In this document: in pieces, positions 45,868-55,187 of the stretch | Layout: each line of letters starts with the position of its first letter | Position numbering within the stretch: position 1 is the first letter of the stretch | Assembly: GCA_016927555.1 (NCBI GenBank) | Contig: JAFGML010000025.1 | Coordinates: 1-62,288, forward strand | Length of the DNA stretch: 62,288 nucleotides | Direction of reading: 5' to 3' | Source of the DNA: Thermoplasmatota archaeon | GTDB taxonomy: Archaea > Thermoplasmatota > E2 > DHVEG-1 | Position numbers and translations under genes: made by a program | Notes under the pieces: generated by a model | What the model saw: the letters and a program-made list of their open reading frames with translations, nothing else | What the model was told of the DNA's origin: nothing | The model's database searches: none

Positions 45868-46533
45868 ATGAAAACCATAAAAGGCATGCTTGCAGTTGGC
45901 GTCATTCTACTGTTCTTCGGACTCGCACTCAGTCCAGCAACAGCACGCACGACAATCAAAGAAAAAATAGAGGTAGGAATTATTGGGGACCTCCCCGCAC
46001 TCACGCTCTCTGAGAACGACCTGAGCACCCTAGAGCGTTTCTTACCAGCCTTATTTGAGAAGATGCAATCAGCCACCTCCCAAACTGAGGTCATTGATGC
46101 TCTACACGCGTTAATGAAAGAATACGGGAGACACCCTGTTCTCGTCTTTCTCATGAATCTCCTGATCAAACTCATCCGCCTCAACTTCAACGTCAATCAA
46201 CTTCGTCCCCTCCGAAAAACCGCTTTTGTGATGAGCCTAGGATTCACCAGCAAGTACCTGGCGTTAGGAAAAAATAAGATCAGCATCTCAAAACCTCTCA
46301 CCTCCTGGCTCTACACAGGACGATCTAACCTTGTCCTCAACAGCCGCACCCTTGTCCTTGACCTTCACCCCTTCACCTCACGGATGATCTCTGGAAGGCA
46401 AATCGGGGTCATGACCAACTTCATTGGCCTGTACATCCACTTCCACGGGAGCATCACCGATAAGGCAAAGACCTTCTTCGTTGGGTACGCAGGGGCCATA
46501 CGAGGATTCGACCTCTCACCTATCCACTGCTAA
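45868..46533 (+). CDS. Secreted hypothetical protein, paralog B
   Basis: Own TATA (ttatataaa); leader KGMLAVGVILLFFG; FV(I/M)S.G, W.YT, RTL.L..HPF, R.FDL.P shared with paralog A. Confidence 0.8.
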   Translation: MKTIKGMLAVGVILLFFGLALSPATARTTIKEKIEVGIIGDLPALTLSENDLSTLERFLPALFEKMQSATSQTEVIDALHALMKEYGRHPVLVFLMNLLIKLIRLNFNVNQLRPLRKTAFVMSLGFTSKYLALGKNKISISKPLTSWLYTGRSNLVLNSRTLVLDLHPFTSRMISGRQIGVMTNFIGLYIHFHGSITDKAKTFFVGYAGAIRGFDLSPIHC

Positions 46534-46638
46534 GCCTCTCATCCTCGTTTTTTTTTCCCTCTTTTTATTCTCCTTTTTTTTTCCTTAAGCAGAAAAAAAC
46601 AATCCTTATAAGACTCTGTTCCTTTGTCGTTGCACAGT

Positions 46639-47148
46639 ATGCCCAGAGCACCTCCCCCGGTCACTGTTCTCCGGAGTCGACGACGGAAAAAAACCATACA
46701 AGCCAAGTATGGAAAGGATGGCCTGTTGATTTACCTGCCTGCGGGAATGAGCCACACAGAAGAGAAAAAGTGGATAGACAGGATGGTTCAACGGAATCAG
46801 CGGTGGCTGCAGCGACAGCGTGAGAGACAGACTGATTCCTGGCTGACGCAGCGGGCTGCACAGCTGAACACGGAGTACTTCAACGGAGAACTGGAGTTCT
46901 CCATCTCTTTTGTGTCCAACCAGCGCTCCCGGTTTGGCAGCTGCACCTCGCTGGATAAGACCATCCGCATTTCAGAGAAGGTGAGCAGCATGCCCGCCTG
47001 GGTGCAGGACTACATCATTCTCCACGAGCTTACTCACCTCGTGTACCCCGATCATTCCCCACAGTTCTGGGAGGTGGTGAACCGCTATCGGTACGCGGAG
47101 CGGGCGAAAGGGTACCTCATCGCCCTTGGCCATGGAAGCGACGAGTAG
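46639..47148 (+). CDS. YgjP/DUF45 (M48/SprT-like) metallopeptidase family protein
   Basis: RFGSCT, IRIS, DYIILHELTHLVYPDHSPQFW. Confidence 0.88.
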   Translation: MPRAPPPVTVLRSRRRKKTIQAKYGKDGLLIYLPAGMSHTEEKKWIDRMVQRNQRWLQRQRERQTDSWLTQRAAQLNTEYFNGELEFSISFVSNQRSRFGSCTSLDKTIRISEKVSSMPAWVQDYIILHELTHLVYPDHSPQFWEVVNRYRYAERAKGYLIALGHGSDE

Positions 47149-47255
47149 GCTACGCACTCTCCTCTGGAACCAGAGAACGCAAGCGTACGGACGGCGCAAC
47201 CATCAAACTATATATATTTCTTTCATCATATCATCCTGTGGTGTGAGGGTTCGTT

Positions 47256-47663
47256 ATGAAGACACTGACTGAAGAATTTGGGTGGAATGCTGGCAAGGTG
47301 TGGAAGATACTCAGCACAAATGGTCCACTGAGAGAGGACGTGTTACTGAAAACCACAAAGCTCTCAGAAGATGAGCTGTGGACTGCCGTTGGCTGGTTAG
47401 CACGGGAGAATAAAATCTCTAAGGAGAACAATCTCTATAAGCTCGGTCAGACGAATTTAACTGAAAAAATTGGTACTGATGCAGGAAAAGTCTGGGCAAC
47501 AGTGTCACAACAAGGAGATGTGGACATCTCCACGATCGCACGCAACGCACGGCTCACCGAGGTTGACGCCTACTGCGCCCTCGGGTGGCTTGCCCGAGAA
47601 GACAAGATTCACTGTAAGAAAATACGCATCAAAGGATCAAAGATAAAGGTCTCATTGAAGTAA
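47256..47663 (+). CDS. Tandem winged-helix (DUF2582-like) protein, copy 1
   Basis: Two repeats of G.(N/D)AGKVW...GWLARE(N/D)KI. Confidence 0.85.
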   Translation: MKTLTEEFGWNAGKVWKILSTNGPLREDVLLKTTKLSEDELWTAVGWLARENKISKENNLYKLGQTNLTEKIGTDAGKVWATVSQQGDVDISTIARNARLTEVDAYCALGWLAREDKIHCKKIRIKGSKIKVSLK

Positions 47664-47872
47664 GTCGACTACGTTGAACCACTGCGAGTCGATCTAAACA
47701 CATGGTACTTTGCTCTTTTTTCTGACACAAAAACTATATAAGAGGCTTTAACGTTCAGGGTGCCTGAAGAGAAGAATATATCATTTCATTTTCCATGTTT
47801 TTTGGATGATGTAAAGAGCACATTATATTTTTCTTGGACCAGATACCTTCGTGTACCGAAGAAGGTCATACT

Positions 47873-48049
47873 ATGAACAGACGACCAAATAACCGTAGAA
47901 AAACAAACCAAGATTCAATTCACAAGATACTGATTCGATGTAACCTGCTTCAGCGCCCGGTCTATGAGCATGAAGCCTGTCCACAATATGAAAAAAAAGC
48001 CGGGTCAGAATCCCAAAAGAACTGTAAAACGTGCATCCATTCATTTTAA
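47873..48049 (+). CDS. 58-aa Cys-containing microprotein
   Basis: MNRRPNNRRKTNQDSIHKILIRCNLLQRPVYEHEACPQYEKKAGSESQKNCKTCIHSF*; RBS aaggt. Confidence 0.55.
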   Translation: MNRRPNNRRKTNQDSIHKILIRCNLLQRPVYEHEACPQYEKKAGSESQKNCKTCIHSF

Positions 48050-48108
48050 ACCAAAAAACCATGATAGAATCTTTTTTCTAGACATACCTACATAGGAGGT
48101 GATTACTT

Positions 48109-48312
48109 TTGAAAGGAATCGTGAAATTTTACGACATTCGAAAAGGCTACGGCTTCATTCGAGGCAATGATGGCAAAACCATCTTTGTCCACAAAACGGC
48201 TATACCGTTTTTCGATATCTTTCTTACACCCGGTGAGATTGTTGAATATCACATCGGGAACTCAAAGAAAGGACTGTGCGCCGTCGATGTCAAAAAAGTA
48301 AAGGACACCTAG
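48109..48312 (+). CDS. Cold-shock domain protein
   Basis: KGIVKFY, RNP1 KGYGFI, RNP2 IFVH; TTG start after ggaggtg. Confidence 0.92.
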   Translation: MKGIVKFYDIRKGYGFIRGNDGKTIFVHKTAIPFFDIFLTPGEIVEYHIGNSKKGLCAVDVKKVKDT

Positions 48313-48321
48313 TCCTCTGAC

Positions 48322-48846
48322 TCAACGAGACGGTGTACTGCTTGTCGCAGAAAACCGAGCATACTCCCCTTGGAGGTGCTTTGCTGATAAGGCTTGGTAG
48401 ATCTCAGCGTTTTTTCGTGCAACAGACCGAAAGGATGCATCCTGCTTGATGATTCTCCCAGGGATGCCAAGCACAAGACTGTGCGCAGGGACAACCATGT
48501 TCTCAGTGACTAGAGCGCACGCACCGATGATGGAACCTTCGTGGATCTGAGCGCCATTGAGGACTGTCGCGTGGATGCCGATGAGGCACTCATCTTCGAT
48601 GGTTGCCCCATGAATCATCGCAGCATGACCAATCGTCACCTGTTTCCCTATGGAGACGGTATGGTCTACATCGGTGTGGATCACGCAGCAATCCTGAACA
48701 TTGGATCCTTCATCGATGACGATCGTGTTCTGATCCCCGCGTATCACCGCGTGGGGAAACACACCGCACTTCTTTCCGATGGTGACTGCACCAATGAGAA
48801 CCGCTGTTGGATCTACATAACTAGAGGGATGGATCTGTGGTGTCAT
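48322..48846 (-). CDS. Gamma-carbonic anhydrase family (hexapeptide repeat) protein
   Basis: VIRGD, IDEGSNVQD..VIH, IGH.AMIHG. Confidence 0.92.
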   Translation of the reverse strand: MTPQIHPSSYVDPTAVLIGAVTIGKKCGVFPHAVIRGDQNTIVIDEGSNVQDCCVIHTDVDHTVSIGKQVTIGHAAMIHGATIEDECLIGIHATVLNGAQIHEGSIIGACALVTENMVVPAHSLVLGIPGRIIKQDASFRSVARKNAEIYQALSAKHLQGEYARFSATSSTPSR

Positions 48847-48967
48847 ACGACAGTCTTCATCCCCTCAACACCAACGCCTCTCTTATACTTTTTTGCGTCT
48901 CTGGGTTTTCATACAAAGCACAAAATATTTAATCAGCCACACTATGCTTCTCTCAGAGTGAGAGACG

Positions 48968-49375
48968 ATGAGTGAGTTTGTGTCGATGTTCGGTGAATAT
49001 GCTGGTACTATTTGGCAGACGTTGCATCAACTGGGACCACTCTCTGAAAAAGAGCTGCTCGCGAAGACCCACCTCACTGTACCCCAGCTGCATGCTGCTA
49101 TCGGATGGCTTGCCAGAGAAAATAAGATCCGCAAAGAAAACAACACGTACGCCATTGGGGACACCAACATGAATCCTACCGTAGGCAAGGATGCAGGAAA
49201 GATTTGGCATGCACTCAACGTCTGGGGTGAGGTTGATACCCTCTCACTGTCTCGCTTGTCACGTCTCAAGGAATCAGAGGTATTCAGCGCAGTAGGATGG
49301 CTCGCACGAGAAGGAAAAGTCGACGGCGTACTGAAAAATATTGATGAGAAAAAAATACTCTTCTGGTTGAAGTAA
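48968..49375 (+). CDS. Tandem winged-helix (DUF2582-like) protein, copy 2
   Basis: G..AG.IW...IGWLARENKI and G.DAGKIW...VGWLAREGKV repeats. Confidence 0.85.
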   Translation: MSEFVSMFGEYAGTIWQTLHQLGPLSEKELLAKTHLTVPQLHAAIGWLARENKIRKENNTYAIGDTNMNPTVGKDAGKIWHALNVWGEVDTLSLSRLSRLKESEVFSAVGWLAREGKVDGVLKNIDEKKILFWLK

Positions 49376-49396
49376 CGTAGAAAAAAAACGCTCGTC

Positions 49397-50053
49397 TTAC
49401 TCTTTTGATGTTCGTTTGAACAGACCTTTGAGTTTCTCACCAAAGCCGCTGCCCTTGGTGGTTTCCTCTGTTGTGGTTTTTCTCCGTAGGAGCTTTGAGG
49501 TAAGCCGGTTGAGTTGTGCTTTCATCCCTTTGGCATGTTCGCCTTCAGATTCCTCAGAGTCCTTCTTTCGCTTCAAGAAACTCCATCGTCGATGCTCCGT
49601 TGGCTGTGAAGGTTTCTTCAGAGGCAGTCCCATGAGCTGTCCTTCGTCATCCAACGCCAAGGTAAACGTGCTGCGTAGTGGTGTGACCATCTCGTGTGGT
49701 ACTTCAGTGGCTGTCGATGGTTCTCCCGGGCTGATCTCCTTCTTTTTTCTCCAAGCAAACCGCTGACGTGCTTTCTCTAACAATTGTCCACTGTGAATGT
49801 CATGTACGACAGGGCGTCGTTGTCGTAGTATTCTTTTTCTGTGCAGTGGTTTCTGGGGGGTGTCCTCATCAGGGGGTACAGCGATGTGCGACGGAAGCTC
49901 CACTTCCTGAAGGAGCGTCTCTACGTCTACGAGTTCCTTCTCAAGGAGGTCGGGATTTCTGACTTTCTCTTGTAGAGAGTCAAGGTCTTTGAATAGTGCC
50001 ATGATCTCTTCGTGTGTTTTTACTCCTGAAGAGTCTCTCCGTTGTTCGTCCAC
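49397..50053 (-). CDS. Charged, largely disordered hypothetical protein
   Basis: 218-codon ORF, GTG start, Lys/Glu/Pro-rich. Confidence 0.65.
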   Translation of the reverse strand: MDEQRRDSSGVKTHEEIMALFKDLDSLQEKVRNPDLLEKELVDVETLLQEVELPSHIAVPPDEDTPQKPLHRKRILRQRRPVVHDIHSGQLLEKARQRFAWRKKKEISPGEPSTATEVPHEMVTPLRSTFTLALDDEGQLMGLPLKKPSQPTEHRRWSFLKRKKDSEESEGEHAKGMKAQLNRLTSKLLRRKTTTEETTKGSGFGEKLKGLFKRTSKE

Positions 50054-50173
50054 GTTTCGTCTCGCCTCTCAGCATTCTATTGTCGTGTTTCAAAGAAAGA
50101 TAACAGATTTTGCTAAAAAAACCTATCCTTTTGTGGTTTTTATTTTCGCGCTGAAGCTTTTTTCTCGTCGTCA

Positions 50174-50311
50174 CTAGAGTGGAAGGAATTTCTCGTACCG
50201 GACCTTTGACTCATCGCAATGTGGGCAGTACTCTTCTATGACGAAGAGTGAATCGATTTTCCGTACGGGTGTTTGCTTCATTTCGTGTTTACAGACTTTA
50301 CAGTAACTCAA
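50174..50311 (-). CDS. 45-aa C4 zinc-ribbon microprotein (not in ORF track)
   Basis: TTG start; (M)SYCKVCKHEMKQTPVRKIDSLFVIEEYCPHCDESKVRYEKFLPL*; ggggg RBS; AT-rich promoter upstream. Confidence 0.65.
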   Translation of the reverse strand: MSYCKVCKHEMKQTPVRKIDSLFVIEEYCPHCDESKVRYEKFLPL

Positions 50312-50587
50312 AAACAATGCCCCCAATACTATATGAAAGGGTTATAATATATAAATATTTCTATAAAATGTGCTCTTCCTACATTGTCACTAAAGAGTGG
50401 CTATGGATTCATTGTTCTTTTATCTCTGCTTACAATTTGATTTCTGGATAGGTTTCACAGGAGGATTTTTCTCCTTACATCACCCTCCGCAGGTTTGACA
50501 AAACAATAAAAAATACCGTCATGGTTATATAGGCATTATCCTATTCTTTTCCCAGACGAAGACTATAACGTAGGGAGGCAGTTCGTT

Positions 50588-51325
50588 ATGTTCACTGCAA
50601 AGGTAAAATCAGAAATCATTAAAGGAATCATCGATGTGACATCACCACTGGTGAATGAGGCAAAATTCAACATCAACGCTAAGGGAATCGCGATTCGTGC
50701 AGTTGACCCTGCGCATGTCGCCATGGTTGACTTGGAGCTGCAGAGTTCAGCGTTCGAAGAGTACTCTGCTGATACCATGGAGCTTGGTATTGACCTGGAT
50801 AAGCTCAGTGGGATTATGAAGCTGGCAACTGCAGGAGACTCTGTGTCCTTTGAGTACGATGAGGAGTCGAACCGTCTCATAGTGAAAATTGGTAATCTTG
50901 TACGACGGATGGGTCTCATTGACACAGCAGGGATGCCTGATTCAAAAGTACCCCATCTGGATTTACCAGCAAAAGCGGTCGTGAAAGCCTCAGAGCTCAG
51001 CAAAGGAGTGCGAGCCTCAGAAGCCGTCTCTGATCACCTCGCCTTGAGTGTCGATAAAGATTCGTTTGAACTGTTCGCTGAGGGCGACACTGATACGGTG
51101 AACCTGAAGCTCCCAAAGAGCATGCTGGTGGAGCTCCATGCGCCTGGGAAGTTTAAGAGCCTGTTCTCCATCGATTACTTCAGCAACATGATTAAACCAG
51201 TGAAAGTTGAAGACCCCATCACCATCAACCTGGGGAACGACAACCCTATCCGCGTCGACTTTGATATCGCTGAGAAGCACGGTCATGTGACCTACCTCTT
51301 AGCCCCGCGTATTGAATCAGAGTAA
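50588..51325 (+). CDS. pcn: DNA polymerase sliding clamp PCNA
   Basis: AVDPAHVAMV, LGIDLDKL, DNPIRVDF, YLLAPRIE. Confidence 0.96.
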   Translation: MFTAKVKSEIIKGIIDVTSPLVNEAKFNINAKGIAIRAVDPAHVAMVDLELQSSAFEEYSADTMELGIDLDKLSGIMKLATAGDSVSFEYDEESNRLIVKIGNLVRRMGLIDTAGMPDSKVPHLDLPAKAVVKASELSKGVRASEAVSDHLALSVDKDSFELFAEGDTDTVNLKLPKSMLVELHAPGKFKSLFSIDYFSNMIKPVKVEDPITINLGNDNPIRVDFDIAEKHGHVTYLLAPRIESE

Positions 51326-51352
51326 CCGTCACAGTAGTATTTTTTCAGAGGG

Positions 51353-51703
51353 GTGGTGCGCATCGTCAAGGGAGCCAGACGTTATCGGTACATTCGTTTC
51401 TGTGTCACGTACCATGGAAGCGAGAGACAGGAGACGAAAGAAGCGCTGCTCTCATCACTACGACGACACACCGTTGATCTTTTTTCACTGAGACTCCAGG
51501 ATCTTGGATTGTGGTTACTCTACTGGGATGGAGCCGTAGGGATTATCAAATGCCGGCATCGTGAGAAAGACCGCACCATCCGTCTGCTTCAGTCGATGAC
51601 GGCGATCCAAGACACACCGGTGCAGATTATCACGACGGGTACCTCAGGGACCCTGCGTTCATTACAGACAGTTCATCAGGACTCTTTTGTATACCATCAG
51701 TAG
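51353..51703 (+). CDS. rnp2: RNase P protein Pop5/Rpp14
   Basis: RYRYI.F, GII.C.H, TSGTLRSL. Confidence 0.8.
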   Translation: MVRIVKGARRYRYIRFCVTYHGSERQETKEALLSSLRRHTVDLFSLRLQDLGLWLLYWDGAVGIIKCRHREKDRTIRLLQSMTAIQDTPVQIITTGTSGTLRSLQTVHQDSFVYHQ

Positions 51704-52224
51704 CGGAATTCGTTGAGCAGCTGGATTTCAGGGTTTTGAATACCACAGACTTTCACAGGGAAGATTTCTTCAACAAGGTAACACTCTCGGACGTAATTCT
51801 GATACACTCTGTGAAAGAGTGAACAAAACTTTTTTGCATGCTTGATATCCTCCGCGGTGAACACCACCATCCAGTCGAAGTGGCCATGGAGGTAGATGCT
51901 GGTTTGGATGTAAATCCCTATTTTTTCCGCGTTTTTTTCAATGTCTCGTGTGAGGATGATGTCGATGAGTGCATCCAGGGGTTCATTTGTTTTTTTTATA
52001 AACATGTAGAACGTCTTTGTGTGTAGTTTCTTCTGATCAACAACAGGATGATATCCCCAGATGGTGTGATTCGCTTCAAGTTTTTTAATGATCCGCCAAA
52101 CTTTCTGTCGTGAGAACCCGCATCGTTCCGCAATGCGATCAATGTTCCTCTCCCCGGTCTCGAGGAGTGCTTGAATGACTCTCTTTTCGCTGTCGTCTCT
52201 ACGCATGGTTCTTCTCTTTGGCAT
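51697..52224 (-). CDS. Lrp/AsnC family transcriptional regulator
   Basis: HTH IAERCGFSRQKVWRIIKKLE..IWGYHPVVD; RAM-like LHG.FDW; start could also be 52206. Confidence 0.85.
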   Translation of the reverse strand: MPKRRTMRRDDSEKRVIQALLETGERNIDRIAERCGFSRQKVWRIIKKLEANHTIWGYHPVVDQKKLHTKTFYMFIKKTNEPLDALIDIILTRDIEKNAEKIGIYIQTSIYLHGHFDWMVVFTAEDIKHAKKFCSLFHRVYQNYVRECYLVEEIFPVKVCGIQNPEIQLLNEFRY

Positions 52225-52344
52225 AGGAGTCCCTTGAAGTGACAAGGGCCTTGGTGTTTAATAGTGTTGTGAATAGCTACCTTTCGGCAGGGGTGAGTGT
52301 CAACCTGAGGCAAACGACCTACACTGAAAGAAAGAATGCTCTCT

Positions 52345-53793
52345 TCATTGTTGTTGTATGGCATTCCAGGTCAACAGAGGGTTCTTGATTGCGCTGACTT
52401 CATCAATGCGGCGCACGGTGGTGTGATGGGGTGCGCTCTTCACAAGCTCTGGGTCTTCAGTGGCAATCGACAGTAAGGCATCGATGTACTGGTCCAAGGT
52501 CTTCTTTGCCTCAGTCTCTGTTGGCTCAATCATCAGTGCTTCTTTGACGAGGAGTGGAAAGTAGATGGTTGGCGGATGCAGCCCGTAATCCAGGAGTCGT
52601 TTCGCGATGTCTAGCGCTCTGATGCCCTTGTCAGCATGGAGACGTTCAGCGCTGATGACGAACTCATGTTTCCGGAGTTCCGCGTACGGCATCGTGTACA
52701 GACCACTGTCGATTATTTTTTTCTTCATGTAGTTGGCGTTTAGCACCGCGACTTCAGATGCTTCTGTTAACCCGTTTCCACCCATGAGGCGGATGTAGAT
52801 GTAGGCTTTGACCAGGGCAGAGACGTTCCCGTAGGTGAGTTTAATTTTTCCTATGCTGTCAGGGTAGTTGTAGTCAAAGGAGTACGTTGTGTTCTTTTTG
52901 ATCACACGGGGGACGGGAAGAAAGCGTTGAAGTGTTGATTGTACTCCCACGGGTCCTGATCCAGGACCGCCGCCACCATGCGGTGTCGCAAAGGTCTTAT
53001 GGAGGTTCAAATGGACGATGTCAAAGCCCATGTCCCCGGGTCGTGCCTTGCCCATGATGGCATTCATGTTGGCGCCATCATAGTAGAGGAGTGCGCCGGC
53101 CTGGTGGACGAGGTCAGCGATGTCGAGGATCTCTGCTTCGAAGATGCCCAGCGTGTTAGGGTTGGTCAGCATGAAGCAGGCGGTGCGTGAGGAGAGGGTC
53201 TGCTTTAAGACCTTGAGGTCCACGGTTCCTTCTGCTGTCGAGGGAATTTCTATGACCTTGTATCCTGCCATGGCTGCGCTGGCTGGGTTCGTCCCGTGGG
53301 AGGTGTCAGGGAGGATGATTTCATCGCGGTGGAACTCCTTGTGGTGCTCATGGAACGCCCGGGTGATGAGCAACCCGGTGAACTCGCCTTGTGCCCCTGC
53401 CGCTGGTTGCAGGGTGAACGCGTTCATGCCTGTGATGTCGCAGAGGGCGGCTTCAAGGTCGTACATGAGCTGGAGGGTTCCTTGCAGTGTTGATTCGTCT
53501 TGGTAGGGGTGTACCAGGGAGAAGTGCTCCCAACGGCTGATCTCCTCGCAGAGCTTCGGGTTGTACTTCATTGTGCACGAGCCGAGGGGATAAATCCCTG
53601 ATTCTATACCGTAGTTCATCTGGCTGAGGTGGAAGAAATGGCGTACCACCTGTGTCTCATCAAGCGATGGGATGTGCGGGGGTGCCGTCCGCTGCAGTGA
53701 GCGTGGGAGTCCTGCTGTTCGTGCGTCTTGCTCTGCTCTTTTCTCCTCAAGTTCTCTGAGCAGCGGCTCCTCGTAGACTGCGCTGTGGTACAT
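52345..53793 (-). CDS. gcvPB: Glycine cleavage P-protein subunit 2
   Basis: YPLGSCTMKYNPK, LQPAAGAQGE, HGTNPASA, NLHKTF (PLP Lys), PHGGGGPG, MIEPTE. Confidence 0.97.
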   Translation of the reverse strand: MYHSAVYEEPLLRELEEKRAEQDARTAGLPRSLQRTAPPHIPSLDETQVVRHFFHLSQMNYGIESGIYPLGSCTMKYNPKLCEEISRWEHFSLVHPYQDESTLQGTLQLMYDLEAALCDITGMNAFTLQPAAGAQGEFTGLLITRAFHEHHKEFHRDEIILPDTSHGTNPASAAMAGYKVIEIPSTAEGTVDLKVLKQTLSSRTACFMLTNPNTLGIFEAEILDIADLVHQAGALLYYDGANMNAIMGKARPGDMGFDIVHLNLHKTFATPHGGGGPGSGPVGVQSTLQRFLPVPRVIKKNTTYSFDYNYPDSIGKIKLTYGNVSALVKAYIYIRLMGGNGLTEASEVAVLNANYMKKKIIDSGLYTMPYAELRKHEFVISAERLHADKGIRALDIAKRLLDYGLHPPTIYFPLLVKEALMIEPTETEAKKTLDQYIDALLSIATEDPELVKSAPHHTTVRRIDEVSAIKNPLLTWNAIQQQ

Positions 53794-55133
53794 CAGGAGA
53801 CCTCCTTTAGCAGGGAGAGGAGATGCTCAACGTGCTCCTTGGTGTGCATCTCAGTGACACCAAAGAGCAGGCAGTCCTTCAGCGCCGGGTAGTGTGGGTG
53901 CAGGGGCAGCCCACCCTGGATGCCCTTGCTCAATAGGTGACGCTGTACTCGTACGGCATCCTGGTGGTGTATGACGAATTCGTTGAAATGGACCCCTGAA
54001 AACCTCAGGGTGAACCCTGGGATGGCCGCTATCTGTTGTGCGAGATCCTGGGCTTTCGTGAAGTTGAGGAGACTGAGTTCCTTCAGTCCAGTGCTGCCCA
54101 GCAAGGACAGGTAGACTGCTGCTGCGAGCATGTTGAGTCCTTCGTTGGTGCAGATGTTACTCGTGGCTTTCTCTCGACGGATGTGTTGTTCCCTCGTTTG
54201 CATCGTCATGCAGAACGCACGCTTCCCCTGCGTATCTTTCGTCATGCCGATAATGCGGCCAGGCAGCTGTCGCACATGGTCGCTTTTACAAGCGAAGAGT
54301 CCAAGGGTCGATCCCCCACAGTCCAGGGGGTTCCCCAGGCTTTTTCCTTCGCCGATGACAATATCTGCTCCATAGTCACCTGGGCTTTTCACAATGCCTA
54401 GGGAGAGCGGGTCGGCGCCTACGACGAAGAGGGAGTGATGCTGGTGCGTGAGGCGAGAGACGTCATCGACTGCGTCTTCGAACACACCGAAGAAATTCGG
54501 GTTCTCCAAATACACCCCTGCGGTGTCTACATCAATGGTTCTGGTGAGATCATCGATGTCCATTGTTCCTGTGTGCGCATCGTACTTGGTTTCTCTGATG
54601 AGGATTCCTGCTCCTCTGGTGTAATTCATCAAGATACTCTTCTTCTCCCAGGAGATGTTCCCAGGGATGATGAAGGTTTTTTTTCTGGTGAGACGAGTAG
54701 CCATCAGCGCAGCTTCTCCAAGAGCTGTTCCTCCATCGTAGACTGAGGCGTTGGACACATCCATGCCGGTGAGCTCCGCAACCATGCTCTGATACTCGAA
54801 GATAGCCTGTAAGAATCCTTGCGACGCCTCAGGTTGATACGGGGTGTAGGCTGTGTAAAATTCAGAGCGGGAGAGTACTGCTTTGACTGCTGCTGGGATG
54901 TAGTGGGGTTTCATTCCCCCGCCAAGGAAGCTTGGCATCTGGTGGAAGGGTGTGTTGCGTTCAGCCAGGCGTCTCATGTGCTCTTCGACGTGTTGTTGGC
55001 TGTCCCCTTTTGGTAGGGAGAGTGGAGGTGTTCGAAGTGTCTTTGGTATGTCTGAAAAGAGGTCGTTTATATTTTTTAGCCCTAGCTCATGTACCATCTG
55101 TTGTTTGAGCGGAGAATTTGGGATAAACTGCAT
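53793..55133 (-). CDS. gcvPA: Glycine cleavage P-protein subunit 1
   Basis: SFLGGG, EFYTAYTPYQPEASQG, NASVYDG, REQHIRREKATSNICTN. Confidence 0.97.
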   Translation of the reverse strand: MQFIPNSPLKQQMVHELGLKNINDLFSDIPKTLRTPPLSLPKGDSQQHVEEHMRRLAERNTPFHQMPSFLGGGMKPHYIPAAVKAVLSRSEFYTAYTPYQPEASQGFLQAIFEYQSMVAELTGMDVSNASVYDGGTALGEAALMATRLTRKKTFIIPGNISWEKKSILMNYTRGAGILIRETKYDAHTGTMDIDDLTRTIDVDTAGVYLENPNFFGVFEDAVDDVSRLTHQHHSLFVVGADPLSLGIVKSPGDYGADIVIGEGKSLGNPLDCGGSTLGLFACKSDHVRQLPGRIIGMTKDTQGKRAFCMTMQTREQHIRREKATSNICTNEGLNMLAAAVYLSLLGSTGLKELSLLNFTKAQDLAQQIAAIPGFTLRFSGVHFNEFVIHHQDAVRVQRHLLSKGIQGGLPLHPHYPALKDCLLFGVTEMHTKEHVEHLLSLLKEVS

Positions 55134-55187
55134 GGTTGCCCCCACAGGGGGTAACTCTCAGTGATTAAAGAAACTTCTCCTCCTCAG

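Noticed and set aside
49980-50174. 64-aa minus-strand ORF overlapping the zinc-ribbon stop
   Set aside because: Runs through an A-rich intergenic tract and overlaps the next gene out of frame; no motif.
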